Assembly: GCA_051362555.1 (NCBI GenBank)
Contig: CM120640.1
Location: 6,820,001 to 6,884,000 of the forward strand
Reading direction: 5' to 3'
DNA: 64,000 nucleotides
Source of the DNA: Lingula anatina
Lineage: Eukaryota > Animalia > Brachiopoda
In this document: positions 48,087-60,971 of the stretch, piece after piece
How positions within the stretch are numbered: the stretch's first letter is position 1
Layout: every line of letters begins with the position of its first letter
The notes under the pieces: model-generated
Told to the model about the DNA's origin: nothing
The model's input: the letters and a program-made list of their open reading frames with translations, nothing else
Databases searched by the model: none
Translations under genes and position numbers: made by a program

Positions 48087-51000
48087 CTACTTGGGTACAT
48101 TCTCCAGGGACAATTTGATCATTTTATCAACAAGAGTGATCCAGTTGAACTTGGCCTCATAACTATGAGCTTGTAAGATCCACTTCCTCTTTGGGGTGTA
48201 CATCTTGAAGGCATTCTTCACATCTGAAATTAGCAATATGTGTGCACATTTCTTTGGAAAATCCATAGTCTATGTCCACTGGAATGTGGTTTTTTGAGAA
48301 GCTGTGCAATGGAAATTTACTACAAAAATTCCAGTTATGATAAAAGTAAGTGTATTTGCAGGCATCAGTTCATATAAAAATACATATTGTATACCAAAAA
48401 AAAAAATGTGTCCAATCTATTATGTTATTCCTAAATATTTATCTTACATTTTGAATCCGGGATGTCTTCCATCCTTAATCTTGGCAAACCTAGCACTGCC
48501 TCATAGATGTAGGTGTGTTCCACATAGCGTTCAAATGGAAAGTGCTTGGTCTTTCTCTTGGTAATTATCACAGAGTCATTGAAGAGATGTAGGCCCAAGT
48601 TATCTATTTCTTGATACATTCTGGAATGTAAAACACCAGCATGTTGAAGAACTTCATCTGAAGTCATGCAAACTCATGCATAACATGATGATGTGAAATA
48701 TGCTAGAATTTTGTATGTTTTTATTATCCATGAAAATCCACTATTTGCAAAGAAAGATGTAAAAAATCAAAGATAAATAAAAATAAGACTACTTGTACTT
48801 TTTTTTTCATCAGTATTAGCTGAAACCTTTATGAACATTGCCTAAATGGCTGGAACATTCACATTACTCAAATTTTCTGGTCCCAAAGTGGAGTCACTGC
48901 ACAGGAGTCCACTTAAGATTACCACTGGCACAGATGTTTGCATATGCCTACCTTAATTCAGGCTTAATTGTGTTAGCAGCAGGAGGCCTCAGGAGGGACA
49001 TGTCTTCATGTTTCAGGAAATATCTGTTGGTTTCAAGAAGAGACTGAAAAAAAACCCATAAAATTATTACACTCAAGTTTATTAGTTATTACGATAACCA
49101 TTATTGACTAAGGGGCCCATTCCTTAAATGAACCTGTTACATGTATTTACACATAAAGTTACATTAATCCAAAATGGAAAGATTAATACATGTAGCAGGT
49201 TTAAAAGTATTTGCATACTTAATGTGCATGAAAAATTTCATCATAATCAACTTACTGGGCAGTGCTGTATTTGTTTCTGGACAGCAAGAAGTTCCCTGTC
49301 ATGCTCTCCTCTTAGTTTTGCTTCTTTTACCATTCTTTCTACTTCCTTGATGCTCTCCAGTGCTGCAGCAGTGTCCCCTCTGTCTATGTGGTCTTTGGGG
49401 GTGTTGGCTTCATACCAGGTTAGGAGAACCACATACTCACATAGTCTTTTACCAGGTGCCAAAAACAGCTCAAATAAACTGAAGAAAGAGAGCCAATACA
49501 TTTATATCAGCTGTGAAAACATTTTACATCTTTACTGTACATGTAACACACAAAGATCGGCAAATTTAAAAGAATTACAAAAAGTACCTAAAAATGGGAA
49601 CATCTGTAATATGGCAACAAAAGTTAAACAATCTTAGTTACAGCTTGAACAATAAATCTGTATTTGTCAGTAGTGCAATAACACTTTCTCTCTTTTCTTA
49701 TACATCTTTTAGTTTACATCGATATCTTCTATCCTCACGTTAACATCCTGGTCCTAGCAGTTCTCTCCTGTCTCTTCACAAATGCCTTGAAGTTTGGGTA
49801 GTCAAACAGGCACTTCTCTAGTACAGCAATGATGATCTGGTAGTTCTTGAAGAACTCTGTGTACCAGTTGAGTTTTGTACAGAACTTGACCATAACATCA
49901 CCCAGACACTGGTCCTCACTCCAGTCATCTATACGGATCTGTAGCTCATCAACTAAGTGACTACAGAAGATAATGAAGAAGAGAAACTTTAAATGATCCT
50001 TAATGATAATATTTTTTTAGTTCTGATGTTCAAACACCAACAAATAACATAAAATGTTTTCAATTATTGAGAATGAGTGCATAATGCTCATAAAACAGCT
50101 TGATACATCTACCAGTAGAACCATAACTTATCTAGCAGTCTAGTTTGTCTTATGTTCCAGAAAATGTGATAATTCCAAGAAACATTTTGTTTTTTGTCAT
50201 GTGCCATGCTAAAAAGATTCTGGCTAAATAACAGTTCAAATATAATATTAAATGGCATCATTGATCAGATATATATTTATGTTAAAAAGGAAGATGATTA
50301 TATTCTCACCTGCTGATTTCTAACAGGGTCATAATGTCAGAGAAAATGTTCTGTAGATGTGGGGCACTAAGAATAGCTCTACAATAGAAACACATCTCTA
50401 ATGGTAGAAATACTTTAAGTTTTGAAAACATGTTTCATGATATCAAATTACCATTATGTTGCTATATATTAACCACAAATAAAATTTCCTTCAAATGTAC
50501 TTAACAACCTTTTCCTTGTTCGACACAATGTAAAAAAGCATTACAGGTAGATTTAACACCCCATTGCTCAATTCTGGCTGCTTACTAATTCTTATTCAAC
50601 TGCTTCTTGGCATCACCTTACCTATTGGAGGAGATAGCCCTCCTAAGAGGTACAACAAACACATCCTTGATGGTCTCCAGTGTTCTTTTGTAATCCACTT
50701 CTGATGCTAATATCTCACGGGCTATCACACTTCTCTTCTCTGGGTGATCTGAGAACTGCTTGGTGTTCTAAATATATATACATATATATATATATTTAAT
50801 CCATGCATGTTATTTTGAAATACAGTGTTTTATATCTCAGTTCCAAGAAATATATTGATATTATTCTCTATTCTGGTTAACAAAATCAGTGTAATGTAGC
50901 ATGCAATGAGTTAAATGAAATAAAAAATCTGAACTTAGTTAAGGTAATGTCCTTATGTACTTATGTACTTTTTTAAGATAAAATCAATTAGCTTTGCTAG

Positions 51001-54000
51001 ATCGCCAACATTAGCTGCTGATGCAATGCACAACAATGTTAATGTGTGTGTTGTTGTTGTGCAGTGTAGCATAAGGCAACTTCCTTAAATAAAGATGTAC
51101 CTGCAGTTAAATTAAAACATTTTAATTCATATGGATATGGATGAAAACAGTATAATTATACAACATTTTAACTAAAATAAATGTGTTAATTCATTTAAAA
51201 ACAAGTTTTTGTTTATCACTCACCAGTCTCCTGGTTGCTGATTCCAGTGGTGACCTTAAATTTTGACTGGAAATATATCCACCAGTAGGTATTAAACGGA
51301 CATCGGACTTTGCCTTTTCCCTTTGCTTTTTAGCTGCATTTCCTTTAATGTCCTTCTTGCCTTTGGCTTTGCTCTTTGATTTTTTTGAAGATTTTTTTGC
51401 TGATGATTCAGAAGACGATTCTGATGATGAAGATGATGATGACGAAGATGATGATGATGATGATGATGATGACGATGAAGAAGAAGAAGACGATCCTTCA
51501 TCACTTCCTTTTTTCTTTTTCTTATCCTTCTTCTTTCCCTTATTTTTATCTTTGTCCTTCTTCTTCTTTTTGTCTTTCTTTTCATCTTTTTCTTCTGCAT
51601 CATTTTTATCTCCATCTGCTTTTTTGTCCTTCTTCTTCTTTTTGTCTTTCTTTTTGTCTTTTTTCTTTTCTTTTTCCTCCTCTTTATCTTCTTCACCTTT
51701 AACTTCATCATCTTTCTCACTTTTTGCCTCCTCAATTTCTTCATCTATTTCTTCACTCTCTTCGTCATCATCTTTATCTCCACTATCTTTATCCTTTTCT
51801 TTCTCTTTAACTTTTCTTTGGGCCTCCTCATTTTTACTTTTTTCCTCTTCATTCTCTTCATCTTTCTCTTCATGTTTGTCTGTCTTTTTGTCTTTTTTCT
51901 TTTCATCTTTCTCTTTGTGTTTGTCTTTCTTTTTGTCCTTCTTGTTTTCATCTTTCTCTTTGTCTTTGTTCTTTTTCTTTTTATCTTTTTCTTTCCCCTC
52001 TTTCTTATTTTTCTTTTCTTTCTTGGCATCCACAGTACTCTCCTCCACCTCACCATGGTCTCCTGCTCCCAAAAGAAATCCCTTTTGTTTGGCTGCTTCA
52101 GTTTCCTCCTCCTCCTCCTCCTCCTCTTCACTTTCCTCCTCCTCTGCCTGCAGTTTAGCTGTCAGGCCCCCAGTACCAGCCTATTACAAATACAACATAA
52201 AACATGTTATATAAAAAGATACAAAACAACAAGCATCTAAAAGAAAAAAGAAAACTCTAACACAAAGACATGCTTGATGCTGTCACTATAAATAATATCT
52301 CTGCTCCTGCCTACCTTGTGTGCAGAATTCCCACCAGCTGCTTGTTGTTGTTCTGGAAGCAGGACTTCATATCCAGATAGCCCAAGAAGGTACTGTCCAA
52401 GGTACTGCAGAGGTTTCACCTATGAATAACAGGACATTTCATTTCATACAGTACATGTACATCTCTTTCTCAGCCTTTTTTTCACAACAAAATCACATAG
52501 ATGCTACCTTTACTACTTCATAATCAGCTAAATTTTTGAAAGGCAAACTTTTTTCATCTTTGCCCAAAGCCCCCCCCCCCCCCCCACACACACACACACA
52601 CCAAAAAAATAAATAATAAAAAAATAAATAAATAAATAATATTTTTACACTGTTTAGGCATGGAAGATACCCAGAACTGGATAGCTAGGATTTATTTAGG
52701 TATTGGGTCCAGGCACAGATGCCAAAAAGTTTTCGGAAATAATTGAATTGGAGCAAAAAACAATTGTGGTAGCCTCAAAGAGCCTCAAGCCTCACATCTT
52801 CCGCTATATTGACAGTAATTCATTTGAAAAAATATGTAAAACAATTCAGAGACCCAGATAGATGTAAGACAGAATCAACAGCTTATATTGGCAGTTCCAC
52901 TGCTATGGTCTACTATGGCCCCATTCACCAAGCATGGTTTACAATGCTGGATTTTGCACCTAAATGGTGGCTCGAGCTTCTAAATAAAGTTCACAGTTCA
53001 AAGTTTAGACCCCTACAAATGCTGCTTTACATGTTTTACATAGATTATTTCTAATAATATTCAGGATAATTCTTAACATTATAGGAAATAAACAATAATA
53101 TGCACAATGACATTTTATTACATTCTTTGTGTAAGTATGTATAAAAAAGAAATACATGTTTGCTAGGTTTAAACTCACATTTTTCTGCTGGCCTAATGAG
53201 ACAAGTCCCTCAACCAGTGCCTCTGTGACCACATTGATGCCTTGGATGTCTGCCTGGCCCAGTGCATCAAAGACAACCTGGCCTGAAGTAATCAAACATG
53301 ACATCATTATACAGTGCAGCAGTAATGATATCATAATGGAGTCTGGGGTAACTGTCCATGATATCAAGAGGAAGAGAAAAAACCAAACAAAAACTCTGGA
53401 TTCTCGACTTGGAAACAATGTTGTTACATGTACTTGGGAAAGAGAGAGCAAACCTGAATTTTGGTAAATGATATAAGACCTAAGGGTGTAAGTGTACATA
53501 CGTGCCCATGCATGTGCATCGGTGCAGTGATATAAATGTGCATACATCACACACAAAAAGGTGATGGAAAAGTGACAAGCTTGAACATATACATTAATGT
53601 CTGTCTGAGTAGATCATAAAAAGTTAATTAAAAATACTACTGGTATGTCTTTAAAATGAAAAAAAAATTAATGAAATGAAAATACATGTAATGAACAGTG
53701 ACAGCCAAAAATAATCATTTCAATCACCACATGTTCCCCTCCTACCTGTGACCTGTGCCACCAGGTCCCTGTGTTGCTCCTCAAAGTACTGCCCCAGTAG
53801 TCTGCTGGTCCTGCCCAGGGCCTCCTGGACGGTGTCTGCAGTATTAGCCCACACATTTAGCTTACTACTGGCAAAGTACAGAGACGGTGGGTAATGATCC
53901 TCTGGGCAGAATATCCACTCACTGTTTACTAGAAGTTAAGGCAAATCTTAAGCAATCTTTCTCAGAGGTGTATTGTCATAACAAAATTACCTTATGAGTA

Positions 54001-57000
54001 TACAGTATATTACATATTGAAACAACCGCCATTGAAAAAACAATTTTACATAAGTTTTGGCATGCTTTCTGATGTACATTGATCTGCCCAGGTATTACAC
54101 ATTGCAGATGAACTGCTAAGGCATCTTCCATAAACATTATTTTGAATCTATATTATATTAATCTGATTGCATGCACAATTTTTTGCGAGATTGAAAAAGA
54201 ACTTGAAAGACCTCTCTTAATAAATCAATGTTAATATAAGACTCACTGTGGTTATAGTTGCCAATGATCCCAGTGGGTGAACAGAATGGAATTCCTGTAA
54301 TACTGTGCAGCTGTATCAGCATTTCCAAACCTTCCTCTAAAGGTGATAAATTAAGGCAAGAAAAAAATGAAGAGTCAAATCATATTAAAAATATTTGGAC
54401 TGAGATCTTTCGTAATTCTCCTATTTTAAATCAGAGATTCACTTCATAAATTAAAGTAACCATGTAAGTCTGACCAACAGTTTGACAATAATCAACATTA
54501 AAGATGATACTGCATTAAATTCATATCTCATTTTACTATCACTTTCTCTTCAAATATCGTATTATATCCCATACTCACCACAAGAAGCTAATGGTAAGAA
54601 GAGGTCCACATGTCCATTCTGCTGTGCAGGTAAACAATGGATGGTGATGAACTCAAAGAAATCTCTGACCTCAGACAGGTCTAAAGCATCTAAAGTCACC
54701 GTGTACTCGTGGATCAGTCTCAACTCCCCCAATTCACGAGCATGACAGAACAGACCAATGCTCCTGGAAAGATTAGAATGCTTATATCACTGATGTAAAA
54801 TCTAAATGTTTTAATAATTATCAATGTTGGGATAGTTTTTTTGCATATATTACTAGGGGCAGGTAAGGGGAGCCTTGGGGTTATATCAGACATACAGAAA
54901 TTTGGGCACAAATACTGCCGCAGTGTACCGGTACCTAGTAGTAGCAACTGCCCTTTTTAATCATACTGAAACTGTCATCAGAAATAATATTTTTCATGAT
55001 ATATTTAATTCATTTTATTTGATTGTATAATTTACTTTGTATCTAAACAGGACTGAGAGACATGTCGGTGCATCTCCTTGATAAAATAGCAGCTCACATT
55101 ATTATATATGTAACTTACTTTGCACTTCTTCCTTGCAAAGTTTCCTCAAGTTTAAACTTGAGAGTTTCCACTGTGGTACCTTCAAATTCATATACTATGG
55201 GTATTACACCAAAGAGTACCGCGTCGACTAATACCTAAAACACAGCATAATCTAAGAGTCACCATCAAACAGCTAGAACTCAAATTATTTTGCTTTGTTC
55301 AATAGTTCATGAAAAACATTAAAGTGTACATATCATGTAAAATAAGGATGCATAGCCGATAACCATCACTTTACTAACTATTACATACACTAAAGTGCAT
55401 ACAGCATGTAAAATAAGTACCCGTTGCAGACAATTATCACTTAAATAACTATTACATAAACTAAAATGTATCTATCACGTAAAATAAACACCCACATCAA
55501 ATACCTGTGTGTCTGAAAGAGATAATTAAGTAATCACATTATAAAATTATATGGACAAGATATCACATTACAGAGTATAACTTACATCAGCAGCAGGAAC
55601 ACGTGACGATATAAAGATGACCCTGGGGTTGGCCTCAGCAGGGTAGGGCATACTGGAACACTCGGTCATGAGCCTGCTTCTCCAGGGGAGTGGATAGCCT
55701 CCCACACCCCCAGACAGATGGGGCCTGGGAAAATTGCACATTCTTTGTATTGGTCCATCCAATACAGCAGTGTTACACTTTGAGAAAATGTATGGTAATT
55801 AATGCAATCAAATCTATTTATATTGTCTTATCTATTCATTGATTGGATAAAATGTTCTTAATTTGATAAAATGTGTAACATACAAAGAGTAAATCTATCA
55901 GTGCACTGATTCAAAAAACAAGAAGCTTTTTAAAAAGCAGCTGAAATAAAGAGCTGCAGGGAGTGTAATTCCTGCTTCAAATTCTCACATTCTGTGAATT
56001 GACTTTTCCTTAGGTGGCTCCCATTCCATGTTGATGAGCTCTGTCAGCCGTTTCTCTACAAAGTTTTCAAACTTGAGACTTCTGGAGATGGTGTCTTCTG
56101 GTGGTGGTTCATCAGAATTGAAGTCATAGGCCTGGCCACTCTAAGAAACAAATGTGACAACACTTAGGAAATAACATACCTGGTATTTATTTGTCAAGAT
56201 TAAAAGTAGCCAAATATGATTCACAAATGCAGTCAAATTCTTTTTCATCACATAAATTATTTCACACTGGGTTAGGGAACCTTCTAGTCAACTGCATATA
56301 CAGTATATCCACTGAATAGGTAGCTGGGAGGATTTACTAGAATTTTTATATATTACATGGCTATTTATATTTGTTATCTATGGGCATATTTATACAATGC
56401 ACTCACTGTCAACAGCCTATGTCTTTGCCGTTTCACTTTCTTATCCAGTATTTGTGTCTGTTGACTTTGTTCTGGTGACTGATGGAATGATTTGGCTGGC
56501 TCAGTCTGGGACCTGGTGTGCTGCTTTTTGATAAATCCCCATCTACAATTGGAAAAAAATTAAGTATAAAAAATAAATGAAAAACAGGAAAAAACAATAC
56601 CAACTTCGATGTGATTCAAGGAGTCACAACTCAACTAAGTTTGCACCTGTAGAATCTTAATTCAAATAAGAAATCAAGAAGTGTTAAAAAATTGTCCACT
56701 TAAATGGATATGTCTTGTTATTTGAACATTATAACTATCTGGAAAAAAAACAGAAAGATGTCAGTATATGTTAAGTACTCACTTGTCATGAAATACATTT
56801 GCAGACTTTGGCAATTTTGGATCATTAGGATTGAACCCATAGAGAAAAGCATTCATTGATTTTTCAAGGTCTTTAGGATTTTGGTCAGGAACAATCCACG
56901 GGTCTCTGGCTTCCATCAACATTCCTCCAAAGACAAAAATCACTACATCATTTACATTTAAAGTACATAAGTCCACATAAAATTAGTAGCAGTTGATAAT

Positions 57001-59318
57001 CTACCTTTGCAATGTGAAAACCATATTTTGTTCTCACATTTTAATCTAAAAATACCTAAAATTATATTAACTCCATATCATCAGGCACTTCTCATTAATT
57101 CAATGGTTCAACAAAAATACGAAGTAAGTGCCTTTGAAAGCAAACTACACTACATACTGCTACTCCTAGGTGAAAGCTTGGTTGGTCTTCTGACAGTCTC
57201 TGGGTCCAGTTTCCTCTTGCTGTCAAACTCCTGGAGGACCTGCTTGGAGAGCTCTGTCTCGTCCCCAGCTTTCCCTCTGACTACCACCTCTGCTTCTCTG
57301 CCATCAGATCTGGTGCCATATAACTGGTTCTAGAACAGGCAGTATTCAGCTTATTTATGATGGTAAAATCCTGCACTCCACATGTAATGCTATATATGTA
57401 AAGAGTGTAGTGGAGAGTCTTTCTAAATAGAGGTCAACAGCATTATGATAGGATTGATCATTTAGATATTTGTGCATGCTGTTTTTAAACCACACTGACA
57501 AACAGTAGAATTAAGCTGTAAAAATATTTTTTACATAGATTAAGGAATAAATATTAAAATATTATATATGCATGAAACCTTATTTTATCTTATGTTTCCT
57601 CATGATTCCTGATATGAAACATTTTACTTTTACTCAAGGAGGTACATACATAAATTATGTTTACATGCACCAGCATTATGCATGCTTCTCATATTGTTAA
57701 GCAGATCGGAAATAAGATAAGTGCTTCATGTATTTAAAAAGAAATGAAACATTACTTACACCTCTATTGGAAACTACTACATCCATTGTCATGAAACAAG
57801 CAACATAATGTCTCTTCCAGGCTCCAACTTCACCCTCACTGGGTGTATATGGAAGATGCCAGCCCAGCTTTATACATTTGGGTTTCCACAAAACATCCTG
57901 AAATAATGATATGTAACAGTTCATAATTATCGTTTGTTCATACCTATGTATATATTATGCATGGGTATATTTCAGGCTGTTACAACAGCACAAAAAAAAC
58001 TTTGCATTGATTGCACATGTATGCAGTACATACCCAGTAACTTATTGGGCTATCCCCATTTAACAGTGCTGTTACCAATTTAAAACAGGAGAAGCATACA
58101 TTTACCAAAAAAAAATATCTCCATCTGAGTTTTTACTTACATCCTCTGCTAAGCTCTTCCAATACCAGTTGACCTGGCCACAGCGACAGAGAGTCCTCGG
58201 ATCAAAGTATGAGAATATGTAATGGCTGAGAAACCTGGGCAACACTGTGGTGAAGTCCAGGTGTCTGAGAGGAACTTTCTCTTGGAACCATCTGTGCATA
58301 AACAGTAACTGGCCTTTGGTACACTGTTTAAGAATGACATCTAGGAAACGTTTCCTCTGAGAATCTGTCCAAAGGTCAAACTGAAAGGCACCATTACCTT
58401 AAATATTAGTGTAGTTTTATAAAGGTTGCAATTCTATTACTTACTTTTGAGTCTTTATATAATTTTTTCTACAGATTTACCTTTGGTAACAAACTTCTTG
58501 TTAAAACATAATCATGAAATATAAAATTACCTGCATTTATAAATATACATACTAGTATAACATAATGTACATACCCAATTTGATATTAGCTCTCTTCTTT
58601 CCTTGTATATCTGTAAGAAGAAATTATAGAAAAGTTTTATCTATACTGTACATGTAAATGAAGCAAAGAAAGGGCAAAAGGCAGTTTTAAATCTTATCTT
58701 TTGTTATTAAAAAATGTTTTGTGTTTATTAAGCATTCTGTCTTCAAAATGTAACATTTACCAGTACTTGTATTATACTCCCTTGTTTGTAAAAAGAAAAA
58801 ACACTGAAATTCATTGTCATGCCATTACCAAAATTAGTGAATAATACATTACAATGTAATAGAAAAAAATCAATGAATGAAGTCAATCTGACATTAACTT
58901 GTGTTATGTGCCCTAATGATGACAGATACATGTACCCGTGTTAATGGAGTGTTTAGCTCCAATAATTTGACCCAACTACTTTGAACTATAGTACATGTAC
59001 AGGTACTACAATTCACTCTTCAGTGTCAGTACTCAGTGGGCTTTGGTAAACTGAACGAAATGTATACTACATGTAAAAATTGCACCAGTGGTGGAACAGG
59101 TAGTGTAGAACCAGTACCTGTTGATTGGACGGCTTATGTACGACGGGCGTCCATGCGCTATGAACAGTCCTGAACTTATCCGTCTCAAACTTGGTCGGCA
59201 GAGCGGTTTTCTCTCTTTTTTTTTGCACTTTGCCGATAACCTTCGAGTCGTCAGCTGTCAGATCCTTCAGCCGCTGTGTGGGTTTGATGGTGGCGGTGGC
59301 CTTAAAATTGGTGGCCAT
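48087..59318 (-). CDS. ECT2L: ECT2-like protein (F-box, central domain, RhoGEF DH-PH), ~1385 aa, 23 exons
   Basis: Exons 59318-59118, 58610-58575, 58380-58141, 57897-57760, 57329-57158, 56924-56783, 56542-56407, 56140-55989, 55724-55586, 55234-55119, 54763-54579, 54336-54247, 53928-53746, 53282-53179, 52419-52315, 52180-51224, 50767-50622, 50378-50310, 49960-49739, 49478-49256, 49043-48952, 48620-48448, 48223-48087 join in frame (4158 nt). [27 protein letters not shown] (F-box), [24 protein letters not shown] and DH start IAREILASE match ECT2L. Confidence 0.93.
51395..52145 (-). repeat. Coding low-complexity tract (KKDK repeats, poly-E, poly-S) within ECT2L exon 16
   Basis: Pyrimidine-rich plus strand with a (GAT)n run at ~51420-51480; open on the minus strand between canonical splice sites. 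Confidence 0.9.
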
Positions 59319-59480
59319 TATCTATGCCAAGTTTAGAATAATAACGAAGAAATATATCTAGATGAGCGCACTTCTTTGGCCCTTACATCTTCTTCAACTT
59401 TCATGGGACTTGAGAATGAATTCGGCCCATGTGGAGTAATGCAAATCATGCATTAAACAGGAATGATTGAACTGCATGGA

Positions 59481-59545
59481 GGCCGCCATCTTCAACGTTT
59501 TCAATACCAACGCGCATGCGCGGCGTGTATGTTACTAAGGCTTAT
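59481..59545 (-). promoter_or_regulatory. Probable ECT2L proximal promoter (YY1-like and NRF1-like motifs)
   Basis: GCCGCCATCTT (59482-59492) and GCGCATGCGC (59512-59521) in a CpG-richer patch ~170-200 nt upstream of the ATG. Confidence 0.5.
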
Positions 59546-60907
59546 TCCCAAGTAAGCGCATGATGGGGCGTGGCTGTTGAAGTGAACATCAGGCAAATAT
59601 TGACCATTCAAAAAGAAAAATGAGCTTAAAGGCTGTGACCGATCGGAATTCCATTTATTTATCTTACGATTGCGCACCCATTCGTACCTTTTTTTTTCGT
59701 TAAATCATTCGTAACTTTCTGGACAATCGACTAAAATCTGCACACCGCAAACGCCAAGCCTTCTGTCACCTATTCGTGGTTGTTAATGACTTGAGTGTTC
59801 GGATGGTTGGTTATCAAACACGTGTTTTAATCACCTTATGGAGCATATGTATCATTTTATCGTAAAATAGCCTTAGATTGTAATCTGCCCCACAGCCACT
59901 TGTAAATTCAAGACGAAAAATAATGCACAATTATGTAGGCCTATAATGAGATTTTTTTCGATATTGTTGTAATTCTACTTAAATTTTCGTGTAGATGAGT
60001 ATGAGAAATCTAACAGCACTATATGTGATTTTACATTTATTATACAAATATTGACTGGATAATAAGCTTAATTACAACTCAAAACCCCCACAAATTTTAA
60101 TATAAAGCAAGCAGTATGCAAGGATAATCTCACAGACAAACAGAGACATAAGAAAAAAAACGCTTAAACTTTAACAGGCCAATCAATTTTTCTTTGATGT
60201 ATAATGGTATTAAACAGGCCCGTAGCATGTGCGCTAACAGCTATATTCATTTACGTAGGCCTTAAGTGGCACATCACCCTTCGCCCAAGTCTATTGTCGT
60301 GGTTTTGTAAGCGCACGTCGAATAAAAACCTATTCAATTCAGGTGAAAAGAAAGACAGCCTGTTATTGTGTCGCGGGTGACCTGTTGTGCTAAAAAATAT
60401 ACGGAAATATTATTCGCGCCATATATATATAAATAGAATCGCTTTTTTAAAGACCAGAACAGACTCAATATTTTGATAAAGAAGTGAGCAGTTTACACAA
60501 CAAAGGACTGCCCTGGAATTGGAACCACCGGAAAATTGTTTATTGTGTCGCTGCTGTCATTTAAAAGTTGGTGCTAGATACACCCGTCAGACAGGAGGTA
60601 AAGTACACAGGTGTGGTAGCTCACACGACAAGTTGTGAGTCAGTAGAAAATTAACTTCGGTTATCGTATTTTATAACAGAAATAGCGAAAGCTAGGCTAT
60701 ACCCGGACACACCCTCATTTCGTTTTCGCACCACCGGATTAAGGCTCCTATGACAATCCATATAGGTCACGCACTCGATTTGACTACGCACCGCGCCCTG
60801 GGCTTGTCCACAGATACATTGTAGCAAGGATACCTTTGATTAACAGGTGTCCCGCATGGATTGATCCTCATGGAATCGGGAGTTTAGACAACACAAAAGG
60901 ATACAAG

Positions 60908-60971
60908 ATGACACTGAAGGAGATGGACACGCTGGTTCTCTCAGCTATTTTGCTGAGTTTTATCATGGCAG
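60908..60971 (+). CDS. Probable first coding exon (signal peptide) of an unidentified secreted or membrane protein
   Basis: AAGATGA start, MTLKEMDTLVLSAILLSFIMA, strong phase-1 donor CAG|GTAAGG, upstream acceptor TTAACAG at 60846. No compatible next exon found in the window. Confidence 0.5.

Noticed and set aside
51348-52240. Long plus-strand F/S/L-rich ORFs and alternative minus-frame K/R/M ORFs
   Set aside because: Shadows of the low-complexity ECT2L exon; only the frame fitting the flanking splice phases is credible.
59531-59544. RFX X-box upstream of ECT2L
   Set aside because: Only one half-site (GTTACT) matches; too weak to call.
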